DNA of 64,000 nt. It comes from Tubulanus polymorphus (taxonomy: Eukaryota > Animalia > Nemertea). The translations under genes and the position numbers were made by a program. The stretch lies in contig NC_134027.1 of the NCBI RefSeq assembly GCF_964204645.1, positions 10,944,485 to 11,008,484 of the forward strand, read 5' to 3'. How positions within the stretch are numbered: the first letter of the stretch is position 1; each line of letters begins with the position of its first letter. Below, piece after piece: positions 1 through 13,366 of the stretch. A model generated the notes under the pieces. That model saw only the letters and a program-made list of their open reading frames with translations. It had not been told where the DNA came from and did not search any database.

Positions 1-433
1 GTTGTTATGTTCAAACAGCAACTTACCTGCATATTTTTGAAACAAAAGAACATTTATGGTGTTGTCTGAGATAGCCCCGGAAGAATGAGGCCCTGAAATT
101 ACAAACTTACAACTGTTAATAGAAAATTACACTATAAATTAGCATTGATTTTGTCAATTTATCTAGTGTTTATGATTTGATATTTTCACGGCGTTGCAGA
201 ATATCCATTGTTTTTCCATTGAATTTCTGCCTAAATCTGATGAACTAATTCATCTAGGTAAAAAATTGCTGAAATATACCTCTATAGGCTTCAAAGGTGC
301 CAATGAGGTATAACAGTTATTCCACCATTCGATCACCAGTTTTACTTAAGTTAAAATAAGCGAACAAGTGAATTCCTCAATTGCCACAGTAGCGTATCTG
401 TTAAATGATATTTATATGGATTTTTTCTTTCAG

Positions 434-3400
434 GTATTATACAAGAAAATAAGAAAAATACGGATGAATCTGTAAGACTTTATAGACAGGCTTCGGCTCT
501 TGTTCAGTAAGTTTATACATAGTACGGTAAAAGCTCTGTTGAGTGTGAATGGTCCTGTAAACCGAACACTTTCTGTTGGTATGTTGCACCTGATTTAGTG
601 TCAACTATACATGTATTTTGATCATAAAACCCATGAAATACGTATCATAAGGCAAACTGCTTGATAACAAAGATGGAATGCATTATAGAAAAATGTGACT
701 TAAAAATTTGAACAATAATCTAAAATGGGATACCGATGTTTTTACTGTTGTACACCGCACTGCACTGTAGACACACTGAAAGGTTTCGCTGTATTCGTCG
801 AAATCTTTTCTAGAGATATCCCTGTTCACGCAGTCGGCCTAACTGCCATTATTGTATACTTTTCTTCGATACTTTATTTCATTTTCCGTTTTGTTTGTTT
901 AAACAGTAAACATGACCTGTATGAGATTGCAATGCGTTGTGAGTTCAATCTGGCATCGATGTTCCTTCGACTGAACAAATATCCCGATTCCATCCAGGCC
1001 ATCATTAAATGTATAGACTGTTGTACGAAAGGGAAAGACCTTCTCAATAAAAAAGATGCAATGATTTTCAAAGCTAAGGTAGGCCTTTTCGTAACTATTT
1101 GCATCATGGGGCTTCAAGGTTGTCTAGTTTGTCACATTAGGCCATGAAGTCCACGAAGAATTTACACCAAAAATAAAATAAAATCATGGCCATGCTCTTT
1201 TATAAAAAAACTTTAAAATATGTCAGTGATTATTCAACCCCTTAATGGTTGTTAGAATTAATTCTAGCAACCAGAGTACTATCAAATGAGTCCTGCCAAA
1301 AAAGTGTCACTCATACCGTAGTGAATGTACCATGTATTATCAAACTCATGTAAGTGTTTCGGAGTAAGGATAGATGGCATATGGTTTTGAGAATACATGT
1401 ATTTGATAAAAGATTGGCAAAAATGTCTAAAACACCAAATTAAAAAAAAGGGCCAAAAAATTGTCAAGAAGGCTTGCAAAGCCTTTAGTTTATTTATGTC
1501 ACTAGATTGTAATTCAATATTCGAGCAATATAGTCTAGAAGTAAAAAGATTGAAATTAGTGTTGAAAATGTGGAAGCCTTATTCATAATTTTCCAAAGTC
1601 TCGAGGTACTTGACAAGAATCTTTTTCTGCCTTAAAATTTCGAAGGTGATACCGTAGTTGGTTGTCATGTGATCGTTTTCTAGATTCACGTCGAATTAGA
1701 AGATTTTGCCGCCGCCAAAACCTGTTTGAAAGAGTGTCATAAAATTTGTAAATCAGAAGAAGATAGGAAATACATTAAGACTTTACGCATAGCAGGTGAT
1801 CATTTTACCTTATCAATTAATTCCATGTCGTGTTGTAATTCTCTTTTACGCTGTTTTTGTTATATGTGAGCAGTTACGCCTACTTCAGTGTTTTCAATAA
1901 GAAATTAACAAGCCAGGTCGCTTTGAAAAACAGGAGGGTTCCATAATATTTCACCGTCCCGGAAATGAAAGCTGTTTTGAAAAAAACAGGCGGGTCCTTT
2001 ACAAACGACAGACGGACCTTGGACCTGGCTCTTATCGATAACACTGTACTATACTGAGGGCAAACTGTTTCATTTCTTTAATTGATCTGTAACTAAATTG
2101 TCAAGATGGATGTTCATTTTTTTATCCGATGATTATTACTTGAATGGGGTACCACCGTGGCAAAACTCAGGTATTCAGAAAAAATAAAGGAAAACTCGGG
2201 GAATTGACGAATTTGACCAATAACCTGGAAAACTCTGATTCTGTTGACCACGTGTTTCTTTATCAGTAACTGATTCAATGAAAAGTGAATGAATTTTAAC
2301 ATTTCAACTCAGTCACTCAGGGAATTGATTTTCCGGTATAAAATGGAAAACTCAGGGGATTTTGAAATGGATGGAGAGTGGCCACCCTGATAGGGGCGAA
2401 AAAATCGATATGGGCAAAATGGGAATGAATGGTGATTGGAAAGGGGTGAAACGGCGCTGTATTGTTGCACTGCATCATTAATTATGCACGGTTTCTAACC
2501 GATATCTGCCAACTTGATTTTCCAGTTCACAAACTGAAAAACTTTTACGATAAACTGAATCGATCGAATGACGATAAGTGTTTGGTCGATTTTGAAAAAA
2601 TGGCCGATTTCGCCGCGAAAATCGGCGCCTATTTCATAGCGATTACCTACTACCGCAATACGGTAAGTTTATCTATTTCATTTGCGAAATATTGCGCAAA
2701 ATGTATTCGCTAACTCAAAAACCTGAACTTAATCTGTTTTCATTACTGGCCCCTTGAATGTGGATTATGTGACAATCGAACGGGAACTGTCTGCAGTGCC
2801 AAAATTTACCATTCATTTCTACTCACATTGTTGTAAAGCATAGTGCTAGTTAAGATTTCCAATTCTCCCTAACTAACTCAAAACCCTCTTTTTGGAAAAA
2901 AATATGAGATAAAATGTACTTCTGCTAAATCTATGTATAAAGGCTCCAAACACATACAGATATTAAAAGATTTTTTACTGGAGTTTTCATTTAAGATTTC
3001 ATTACCCTGGTAAATAATGTGGAATGTTGGACTCTAATATTATGATTTCTATTTCAGTTGCAATATGGTAAAACACTTGGCAAAACGGATGAAGACATGA
3101 AAGACATATATAACTCATTAGCTATGACATACTGCGACACGCAGCAGTACGAACAGTCTCTGAAATATTACAACAAGGAGCTCAAGTGCCAACAAGGAAA
3201 TTACGAACAGGTGTGTGTGTGTGCACGTGCATATGTATTAGATTAGATATGATTGATTTAGCTAACAGAGGAACTAATTTCATAGATTCGGGCACCCTCC
3301 CTTGACAGGGCAGGTGTGTAGTGGGTATTTTGGGGTATCAAAAGCTTTACCTTCTCAATTAGGTTACCCTTTTCTTCGCCAAGACGGGGATAATTGAAAT

Positions 3401-6400
3401 CTGCAAATTAGACACTGCATGAAACTACATCTTTCAGCACATCAACGGTGCTGCGTGACTACATTAAGCGGACTGGGTTTATTTGGGTGGGGGTTAGAAC
3501 TGTGGCAGAGTTTCCAGGACTTTGAACCGGCTGGCATCGAAAAGGTTTCAATCCCTGCTAGGGGAGGATGAGATGTAGATTGAGGAAGATTAAGATTTGA
3601 TAGCGTTGAGCTATTAGGAATGAATCATTTTCACTGTTGGTACAGAATCAAAATTTTCTCTTGAAATTGTGAAATGAATACTGAAAAATTGATACAGTAG
3701 ACCACTGTTTAATCGTCGGGACCCGTGGACTCCTGATTTTGATCTATTGCAATCGAATATTTTTCACAGTCTACTACATATGCGTGTATTAAGATATGGT
3801 ATTCAATGCAGATTTAAAACATGGATTTATTGCTCCCAAATAATGCAAATTCAGCGGGGTTTACTGTAATCATTTTCTGAAATTTCGGTAGTGCGTAATA
3901 ATGAATGCTATTTTCTGGCCTACAGATGATACAAGCTGTGTAATGCTCTCAAGTTTTATCGATCACTTGAATGTATATAGAGAATACTTTATTTCTTCAC
4001 TCAAAAGTAAAACCTGGTTTTAATGCAATATTTACGGCGATAAATATTTTACGATCGGGAACCGGATGCCGACGCAACCATTATACTGAATGTGACGGTT
4101 GTGTTTTTAGATGAGCAGAACATGGTTAAACATAGCTGACGTCCAAGAGCGTGCCGAGTACGAGTATAAAAACGTTCTTCATTCCATTAATCGGGCGTAC
4201 GAATTTTCCAAGAAAGCCAAACACAAGAAGCTTCAGGTAAGCAAAGACCGAAAAAAATCATGGACATGGTCCCTATGACTCCTTGATTCCTAAAAAAAAC
4301 TAAATGGAAAATGCTGTCAAAGGTGCTTGAAGATCCTTTAATTTGAGCTAAATTCCCGAAACTCCTTAAATTTTTATAAATAAGCAATTAGAAATTTTCA
4401 TCTAGTTCGCATTGCAGTTGTACAATAGACTATCCTAAATCGGTATAGTTGGGACCAGGATTTTTTTTGCCCAATTAGGTAGCTACCAAATTAGAAACGG
4501 GAGTTTTGGTAGTGTTTAGGATAAAGATTTGCTTACAAAACAAACAAATTAATTGTTTACTGATCCTGCTGAGATAAACAGAACCGATTCAGAAGAAGTC
4601 TACTGTACCAGTAATTGGGATATCAAAATGATACCGACGCTTCCTAGAAATTTCGAAATTTTCTCCTTTCGAAATATCCAGGAATGACACCCACAACTGT
4701 TGAATTATGGATTACGTATGATGGATTTTCATTCGTTTGGTTACGCACATCCTCAACACAATGATGATCGAATTACTGTAATCTTTATGAATAATTCATT
4801 CGGATTCAAAGAAAAACTAGGAATGAATTCTTTGAAATATTGCGCCGGTATAAATTGCTATTAAAGATGACAGGCCGATGTATTTCTAATGACGATGTAC
4901 ATTATTCATTTCAACTTTCCGCCGTCGTATTTCGTGGTGAATGTTTGATGAAATTAAATCGCCCGTGGCGGCGGCAAATAGCGGGTTTTGTTTGACTTAG
5001 GGATCGGCGCCATTCATCAATTTCACTGCATCCGCGTATTATTTGTTCATTTCGACCGTTTTTTCCGGGAATTCATCATGCACCGTTAAACACGATTAGA
5101 AAATGTCAGCAACAGTATTTTTCCTCATTAACACATACCCGATATAAAAAGAAGATTAAAAAAACAAGATTTTTGTTGGACGTCCATCAAAAAGGCCTTA
5201 CGTAAATATTGTTCGGACGGAGTTTGAATTAAAAAAAGATACAGTCTGCAGTTTCATATCCATATTTCGTGTCCCAGGCCGTCTTACATTGGATACCCAT
5301 TGAACAAAGAATCTAGTACAAAGTTCTCATTTTCTTTTTCTTCCGTTCTCATCTTTTAGTACATACATGATTTGGCTCCTAAATATATCTGTGACCTCAT
5401 TCATAATCATATTCCTTGTCGTCCTCTCCGTTATTCTGCCTTCATCTCACTGTCAGTCCCTAGAAACAAAAGAAAGTCCTTCGGCCCTCAGTACTTTTCC
5501 GTCAATGTCCCGACCCTGTGGAATCGGCTAACCGGAGGGTTCCGGTCTATAACACCTCTGGAAATCTTCAGGAGGCAACTTAAACGTTTCCTCTTTAATG
5601 AGGCTTTTATGTAAAGTGCGCTGAGCTGAAGCTGGATTCAGTGCTATATAAAACACTTGTTATTAATATGATTGACCACCTAACAAATCACAACTTTAAA
5701 AGAAAGACTTCTAGTTTGACTCAAAGCGTGGCTGAATCACAACAAGTGCCTCTGTTGATTACATACTTGATTACTGTCCATCAAAAATGCCCCCCCCCCC
5801 CCCGGGGCTAAGCACCAGCATTTATTCTATTCACTTGGTATGAAGTCATGCAGGAAATGTGAGATAATTGATACAATCTAACGAAACCATTTTGGATTCC
5901 ATAGACAAGTGGCTGTCCAATATCAATAGTCTTATATAAACTTTCAGTTTTTGAAAATGGCTCATAGATTTGAGTCGAAACGTCAAACTACCAGATAGTT
6001 TTACTTTTTATTATGGGTTTTTTGTCGATGGTTATCGAAACCATATTGCTACCGTATATGGTCCATATATCAAGTAGCAAAAATACTATGTATTTTTGCA
6101 AGTAGTAGTGGTGTGAATATGAGCACTCGCACTTAAGCCACAATCACAGCATAAGCACTGACTGAATTTGGCCCGGCCAACCAAAAGTGTCTGACCAGGC
6201 TCGAGCCAAATTCTAGCACGGGTCAATTGCATGTGAATTGCAATTGGTTCTGGAAGTGGCTCACTTTGCTTTGTTTAAGCATTGTTTAGTATCGAGTGAG
6301 TGGTTTGGGTGTAAGCGCTCTGTCTAATTATAGACACAGACCTAAATTTGACTCGAGCCAAATTGTTCCGTATGATCGAGGCTTTAAAGTATCATTCAGC

Positions 6401-9400
6401 TTACCCATGACAATTTTGTATGATCAGTTTTCTCAGTACCAGTAACACCCGAGATACAGTACTCGGGCCTGGTACCCAAATTACCAATTTGAAGATGCCC
6501 ACAATGGATATCACCAGAGGCACTCGTAGTTTGAGTTTTATTACTTAATTCTATATCTTATACTGTATATTACTGAACCCTCCCTGGGGAGAAGAAACAT
6601 CAAAATAATCTCAAACTAAAGTATTGGTACTCAGTGCTCCGTAATTGTCAATTGCGCCAAATGTCTGATTTTTTCTGTTTGGAGAGGAGAGGCTATGAGA
6701 AAGAACCATAAACAGACAACCCTGAATCGAGCGTTCTAATTACCATTAATTGAAATTCACTCTTTTCTCCGATAGTTTTCGATTCAAAATACGAACGAAA
6801 AATCTTGTGCATCATAACCAAATCACCAAAATAACGGCGTCCCAGTCGCGTGATCGATACATTACTCATTTCATACGAGAAATAATCATGAGAGTGTGGG
6901 TCGTCAGTATGTTGATATAATCTCTGCAGTAATACTGCAACAGTCACGTAATCCAACCTCATATTCAGCCTCCTGTCAAAATTACGCTGTTATTATTCAG
7001 CGAACGGATTCCTCACGGACTCATGAGCTATAGATCTTGTTGTATCGGCGGGTTTTTTTAATGTTTGGATAAATGATGACTGGTGGATGGACGAATCGAA
7101 CCGTTGTAACCAAACTGGATCAGTTTTAGTCCGGATTGGATTTGATCTGGTTCGGTCCGAAATTTTTCGTTTGCCAGATTATTTTTGTCGCATAAAAGTG
7201 GATCCGACTTGGGATCGTTTTGGGACCGATAAAATTAGATTAGATTTGAGAAGAAATCCGGGGCCGATTTTTTAGACTGTTTAACCTGGAGGACTAATTT
7301 ATTCAATTAATTTTCAATTGAGTTGAAACCAGGGGCTAGTTCTACAGACTGGCATTATCTTTAACCTGGGGGTTAACTCAATGAAAAATAAATATCAGTC
7401 TATAAAACCTGGCCCGGGGTTAAGATAATACCAGACTATACAACCGGTCCTGGATTAAACTTCATATTTTGCGTACATCTACATAGCTTAACTGTAATGT
7501 AGATCTAGTTTGACGTAGATCTGATAGTCAAAAGCCCGAACTAGAATACCTATAGTAGTTAGGATGGGCTTCTTTGTTTTTGTTCCCAGTCAAAGGCGGC
7601 TGCTCCCAGGTCTCCACAAATAGATATTTCCAAAATAAGGAACATTTATAATATTTCAAGTGTCATACACAGTATTTATTTTTTATTTTTTAAATAACAT
7701 CATTTACATAAAGATAGCGTAGCTTAAGCTTGACAGTAGCTAAATCCTATTCAGCGACAATCAGCAACAATTCTATTCTCTTAGATATTAGGCTAGAAAA
7801 ATTGATACGACTGTATCTTGTTTCTCATTGCTGAGCTTAAAAGTTGACCCGGCTGGCTGCCTATTTACCCTGCACATTATTTTTTTCAGATCATGATCAA
7901 GCTTACCATGACAGACTTGGCAGCTATAGAAATGAACTGATTGCAAATTTCATTGCGATTTACAAAATGACCTGGGCGATTAGAAAAATGGTATCATTTC
8001 ATTTTAGCCATAGTGCCAGGTATGTCATTTCTAAGTATGACTGATACAACTGATGCTGGAATAGGCTAGGGGTAATAATACCAATTTGAAGCGCATTTGA
8101 ACTGGACTCCGTTTAGGATACCTGCGCTATGAATGACATTTTATTATTACGTACCATGACTCAGTAGTTTCAAATTTGCATGAACAATAAATACATTAAT
8201 AAGTAATCGTCCAAACTAGTTGATCAGATTACCAATTTCGATCAGTATAGTCCGAGTTGACTACTGATGGTAATTGCACTAGTGGGACTTGACTGAAGGG
8301 AAATAACAAATTACAAATGCGTTGTATTTGCGCTAGTAGTTTGATGGATAAAGATGGTATTGTTATTGTCATTTATAACATAACGTCGTTGCGCGATATA
8401 TAAATATGATCAGCACTTCTCGGTAAAATTCAATAAAGCTACGTCGCGTCGGCTCTACGAGGCCGACAGCGCGTACCGCGTTATGGAATATGGCAACGAT
8501 CGTAGCAGCGGGCGAATAAATGATGACGAAGCGTTGGAAATAGAATGAGACAAACGATTCGATTTTCGGCGGCCGATACGTCCACCTCCATCCCGCGAAC
8601 GATCTATCACGGACGGACGCGCGTCTCTCGTAGCCTAACACCGCCTTTTGCGGATCGTGCTTCGTTTGTGCGGAACAGTCTCTATGAAGTAGCGACTCGA
8701 TGAATAAGGACAAAAATGTACCGCTTTTTCTAGAAAAAAAAGGAAGGGACCTCCCCACTTTGTGACGGACCCAGACTGTATTTCAGTATTTGGCAATAGG
8801 GTCATGATTTTCTAACCGAATCCATTGATCTGTTAAGAAAACAAACCCCTCGTATTGCATTAAGTGTAACTTTTCAAGAGTTTCTTGGGTGGGACCTTTT
8901 TGCTTCTTTTTTTTAGAGATTAAACTAAGAATCCAATATAACCTTGTCACAGATACAAATGTGCCTTGTCAAGATCTATTGCCTCATTAAAATCTAGAAT
9001 TACCCTGCATTCCACTGTTTTTGTTTTAACTTGACCCAAAATTTTGAATTTGGATAACATAAGTTAAGTTCATTATAGAAAGTGTCCGGATCAGGCCGTT
9101 ACATAACCAGACCTGACAACTATTACTACCGGCATTTGACAGCAGTTTCTACTCATTTTAAGATCTATTACCAAAAATATCACAATACCCTCAAAGGCGT
9201 AATTGTTGATTTTCACCTGTTTTGGTGAAAACTGTTACATTTAGAGCCATCAGATGGTCTGCATAATATCCAAAGGCTCTGAGGCCGGTTCCATAGTCGT
9301 AGCTTAGACGAAAGACTAATCTAAGACCATTATAGTTCGATAGCCAATCTAACAAGTCGAGACCATTGTTAAGATTTAAGACCACTTTTGGACTTAAAGT

Positions 9401-12400
9401 CTTGACTATGGAACTGGGCCCTGGGCTTCTAATGGCATCGCTAATGAACTGAGGCTCGTGGTTAAACGCTATATTCAACATTCTACGGAACGTTTATAGT
9501 CTGTATAGGCTTCTTCGTATACATTGATTTGTGGCATCGGAAACATCTTTTGACGCTGTCAACGAGCGTTCGGCGAAATTGTCGTCCGGTTATGAAATAC
9601 GCCAAAAAATTACACGACGAACTGAGATAGTTCAGCAACACCGAAGCCGCGTTGTACGTGAAATGATTCTTGTACGCGGCGTCGGAGAACTTCGACAGAA
9701 TCCGATAGACGATCTCGGTCAACGCGAACGGGAATTCGCAGGCGATGAATATGACCGACACGGCAATCAGTCGTTTCGTCAACGCCGTTCCCGTGTTTTC
9801 GATCACCTGCGAGTCGACGCGGTGTTTGTAGACGTGGAAAATCGCGCGCGAGTTGATGAAGATGACGACGACGCTGCAGACTATGATGTGCACGAACACG
9901 GTCAGGTCGTCGTGCGGAACGAGCGTGTTGACGACTGCTTCGACGGTCGACGCGACGACTGTAGCGAAAATCGGATACAGCGCCAGGCGCGGCGAACAGT
10001 TCGTCCACGACCACAACGGGTAGTAGATACCGACGAATCGGTCGATGTTCACGACGGCGACCATCGAACGCGAGAAGAAATAGAAGAACATGACGACGCC
10101 GTTAACCGCCATATGGCACCATATCGGACACGACTGTCCTAACCCGTCGCTGTTCTGGAGTTTGTGAAACGATAAGAAGCCGATGTCGCCGATCGACAGC
10201 GTTTGCAACAGCGTTGTCTGCGACGTCGGCGAGTTCTTGTCGACGCGGCGTAAAACGACAAAACTCACGATGTTCAGCACGATTCCAAAGCAACATACGA
10301 CTATGTTGACGTCGTTGAGTATTTCGTTGATTTTGTCGAATTCGTAGTTTCTGTTATGGTACCGGTAATCCATTTTCGTATCGTTGTTAACGGCGGTATT
10401 ATTGTTGCTACGCGCGTCCTCCATATTGTAGTTGAAGTAAATTCGTGGCAATTTCTCTGTTAGTTAATGACTTCTGACTTAGAAGAGTTACTCTTTAAGA
10501 GTTCTGTCCGTATCAGTAGAATCGACCGACTCAACATCAACATAAAACTTGGATGTTTTACGATATTTAATTTTGACCTGCTTTATGAAACCAGTACCGC
10601 AGTACGATTAAGATATTACTTAAATCGGATTAATTTTTTCACGGTCCTACTTGTCACAGAACAAAGACCCTACCTTTCGAAACATTCGTAGCGCCCGACT
10701 GCGTCTTCAGTTTTCAATGTCCTATTCATGATTTGTCGCGTTCATGAGTAATAAGTGACCTTTAACGGTCTTACGGCCGATCATTTCTCAGACATGTTTA
10801 TCCTTATTTGATAATCAACAACGATGATGTATTGATCAACTCTATTAGTCAGTTGTCTTATGTTGTATATAAATTGCCCTGTCGCGGCGACAAAAATCTC
10901 AGCAAATTTTCGACGGTCGGTAAAAATCCGGATTTCGTTAGCTCGTAAATAATCCTTCTTAATCGGTAGAAAATGTCACCACTTGTGTGATGAAATCCTC
11001 TATTGAACAGCCGTTTTTTTATATCGTGCTTCGGTCTGTTCTAAAGCAGCGTCCCGCTAGCACGACGATGCATCGCTTGCCGACTGATTATCGTATTTCC
11101 GATTGTGTCTCTGCGTGTTGTTCGTCTCCTCGAAACGGCGTCGTTTCTGCCGAGAGTAAAGTTCGTCGAACGCTCGACATTAAACCGACCAGTATCCCAG
11201 CGGAGAATTGTAGTTAATATCAATGATTGGTCGTTGTTCGGCCGCAATCAGGGTAATGTGATTACCGCGATACAACTGTCGAACTATTCCATTTTACAGT
11301 TTTCGATCATTCAACGCTCGAGATACTAGCTCACATCTCCGGGCGAGTGTAGGCTTTTTGATGTTCGGTTCTGATCGTACCCATCTACTGATTACGGAGC
11401 TACTTACGATATTGAAACGTTTAAACTATTTATACATGATGAATGTCATTCCCAGAGGCATTTCTGGTGGAGGGAGCGGGGCTGCGAATGCTCGCCTTTT
11501 TAAATTTCAGTTCCACTAAAATGATGGCACAAATATTGTTAATTTCATATCTACGTGCAGATTTGGATCTGGTACATTGTGATGCATGAGACGGGCGCTA
11601 ACCAGAGTAATCAGGGTGGCAACTTACCTGGAAATGAGGGAAAAGTCGGGGAGATTTCTTTTCTTAAAAAGTCAGGGAATAGTCGGGGGATTTTGTAAAA
11701 AAAAAAAATTAGAAATAAAGGAAATTTGTTCAGAATGCTATATCGCGTGTATAATCAGTTTCAGTCTATTGTCATGTATTTGACTGAGTCAGGGAAAACT
11801 ATGCTAGGGAATAGTCGGGGGGGGGGGGTAAGCAAGTCAAATAACAGTGGCCACCCTGTAATTTGATCCTGGTCTGACCGACCATTGATGATATCGATAC
11901 TATAGACATCGATAGCAGTCGATGTTATTAAAATAAAAAAAACATCATTTCAAACATCTGACCTTAATATTTGTTTAAAACATCCTGGTTGTTTTATTGA
12001 ATCGATTAATTATATTTCTGATACTAGGTTGATCTAGAAAGGGAAGGACAATTTTTGGACTGATTTTTGCCAATACTGCTAATGATCAATAATGATGATA
12101 ATTTACATGTATTTCTTAAAAGCGCTTTTCATTAAGATCAATCTTAAAGCTCTTTACAACAATGGATAAAATTGACACGAGTAGTAGATATAGAATTAGT
12201 TAAGATCGTATTCTCTAAATAAAAATGTTTTAACCGATGATTTAAAAGACCTTAAACGATGATATTGCCGTAATGTGTTAAAGCGAAATATTCCATAGAC
12301 GAGGGGCAGAAAAGGAAAAACTGAATTGAATTGAATTACATTATAAATAGAAAAATTTACAGGGTTTCGTGTGAATTTTTTTACAATGTAGCGCAATTAT

Positions 12401-13316
12401 GAAGATGTAGGAGACCCAGAGAAGTCAAAAAGTGACTTATACGAATCCGGGCCCCCTAACTCGAAAAAATACACGCACACGCGAACATACACACACGCAC
12501 GCACACACGTAATAAACAGGAGTAAAAATTCATAGAAGTTTTTGACAGGAGACATATATCAAGCAGTATATGACAGTATACATAATTTCGATACATCAAA
12601 TAGCGTTTAACTACACAATCATAATACATCGCATTATGAGAGGGTGATTTTTACCCGATTAACTGTCTTTTACAGTGTTTCCTAAATATATTAATACTTT
12701 TAGATTTTTTTAGTTTGACTGCTAAGGAATTCCATAAAGTTGGATGATCTTATACCGTGAAACTCTGTGCTATAAAAAGGTTCGAGAAAACGAATGATCA
12801 TGTGCGTGGGTCGCTAAATGTGTATAGTTATAATTGTGAGCATTCATCGAAAGACCTCCCTCAAAGAAAAATTCATGGTGACGCCCCTAGTTCCCGCTGC
12901 AAATGAAATGGAGATTTTTTTTTTTTAAATCGTAATATTTCAAATCCATTACGGTTCTTTTATGCGAACGCTCTCACATTTCGCGACCAAATGCCTTTCT
13001 TTGAAAAATTCCTGAAGAGGAGTTATATTCCACTCTATGTGTTTTGCTTTCATGCATGGATTGGTATTTAATTTGTCCTTTGCGATTCATGTAAATCATT
13101 CCCTCTTTTATTGTTTTTCTGTCTGTTTTAACTAAAAAGATAGACGATTCCACTAAAATGCAAAATACATTGACTGCAAATATGTATTCTTTGTAGTCAG
13201 TTGCTATTGGTTACAAATGAATACGTCCTGTTGCGGTGTTGCTGTGTATGTTTCAGAATATTTGTTCATTGCTTGACATGATTAAATTTGCCACAATTTG
13301 TAAAAGCAAACAAATA

Positions 13317-13366
<50 letters not shown>

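Noticed and set aside
9191-9481. 96-aa ORF directly after the GPCR stop, a possible readthrough or second cistron
   Set aside because: Not in frame with the GPCR; sequence has internal short repeats and GGCCC-type MITE ends.
9531-10142. 203-aa plus-strand ORF and other frames overlapping the GPCR
   Set aside because: Shadow ORFs caused by the GPCR's CG-rich codon usage; low-complexity Arg/Asp/Val sequence with no motif.
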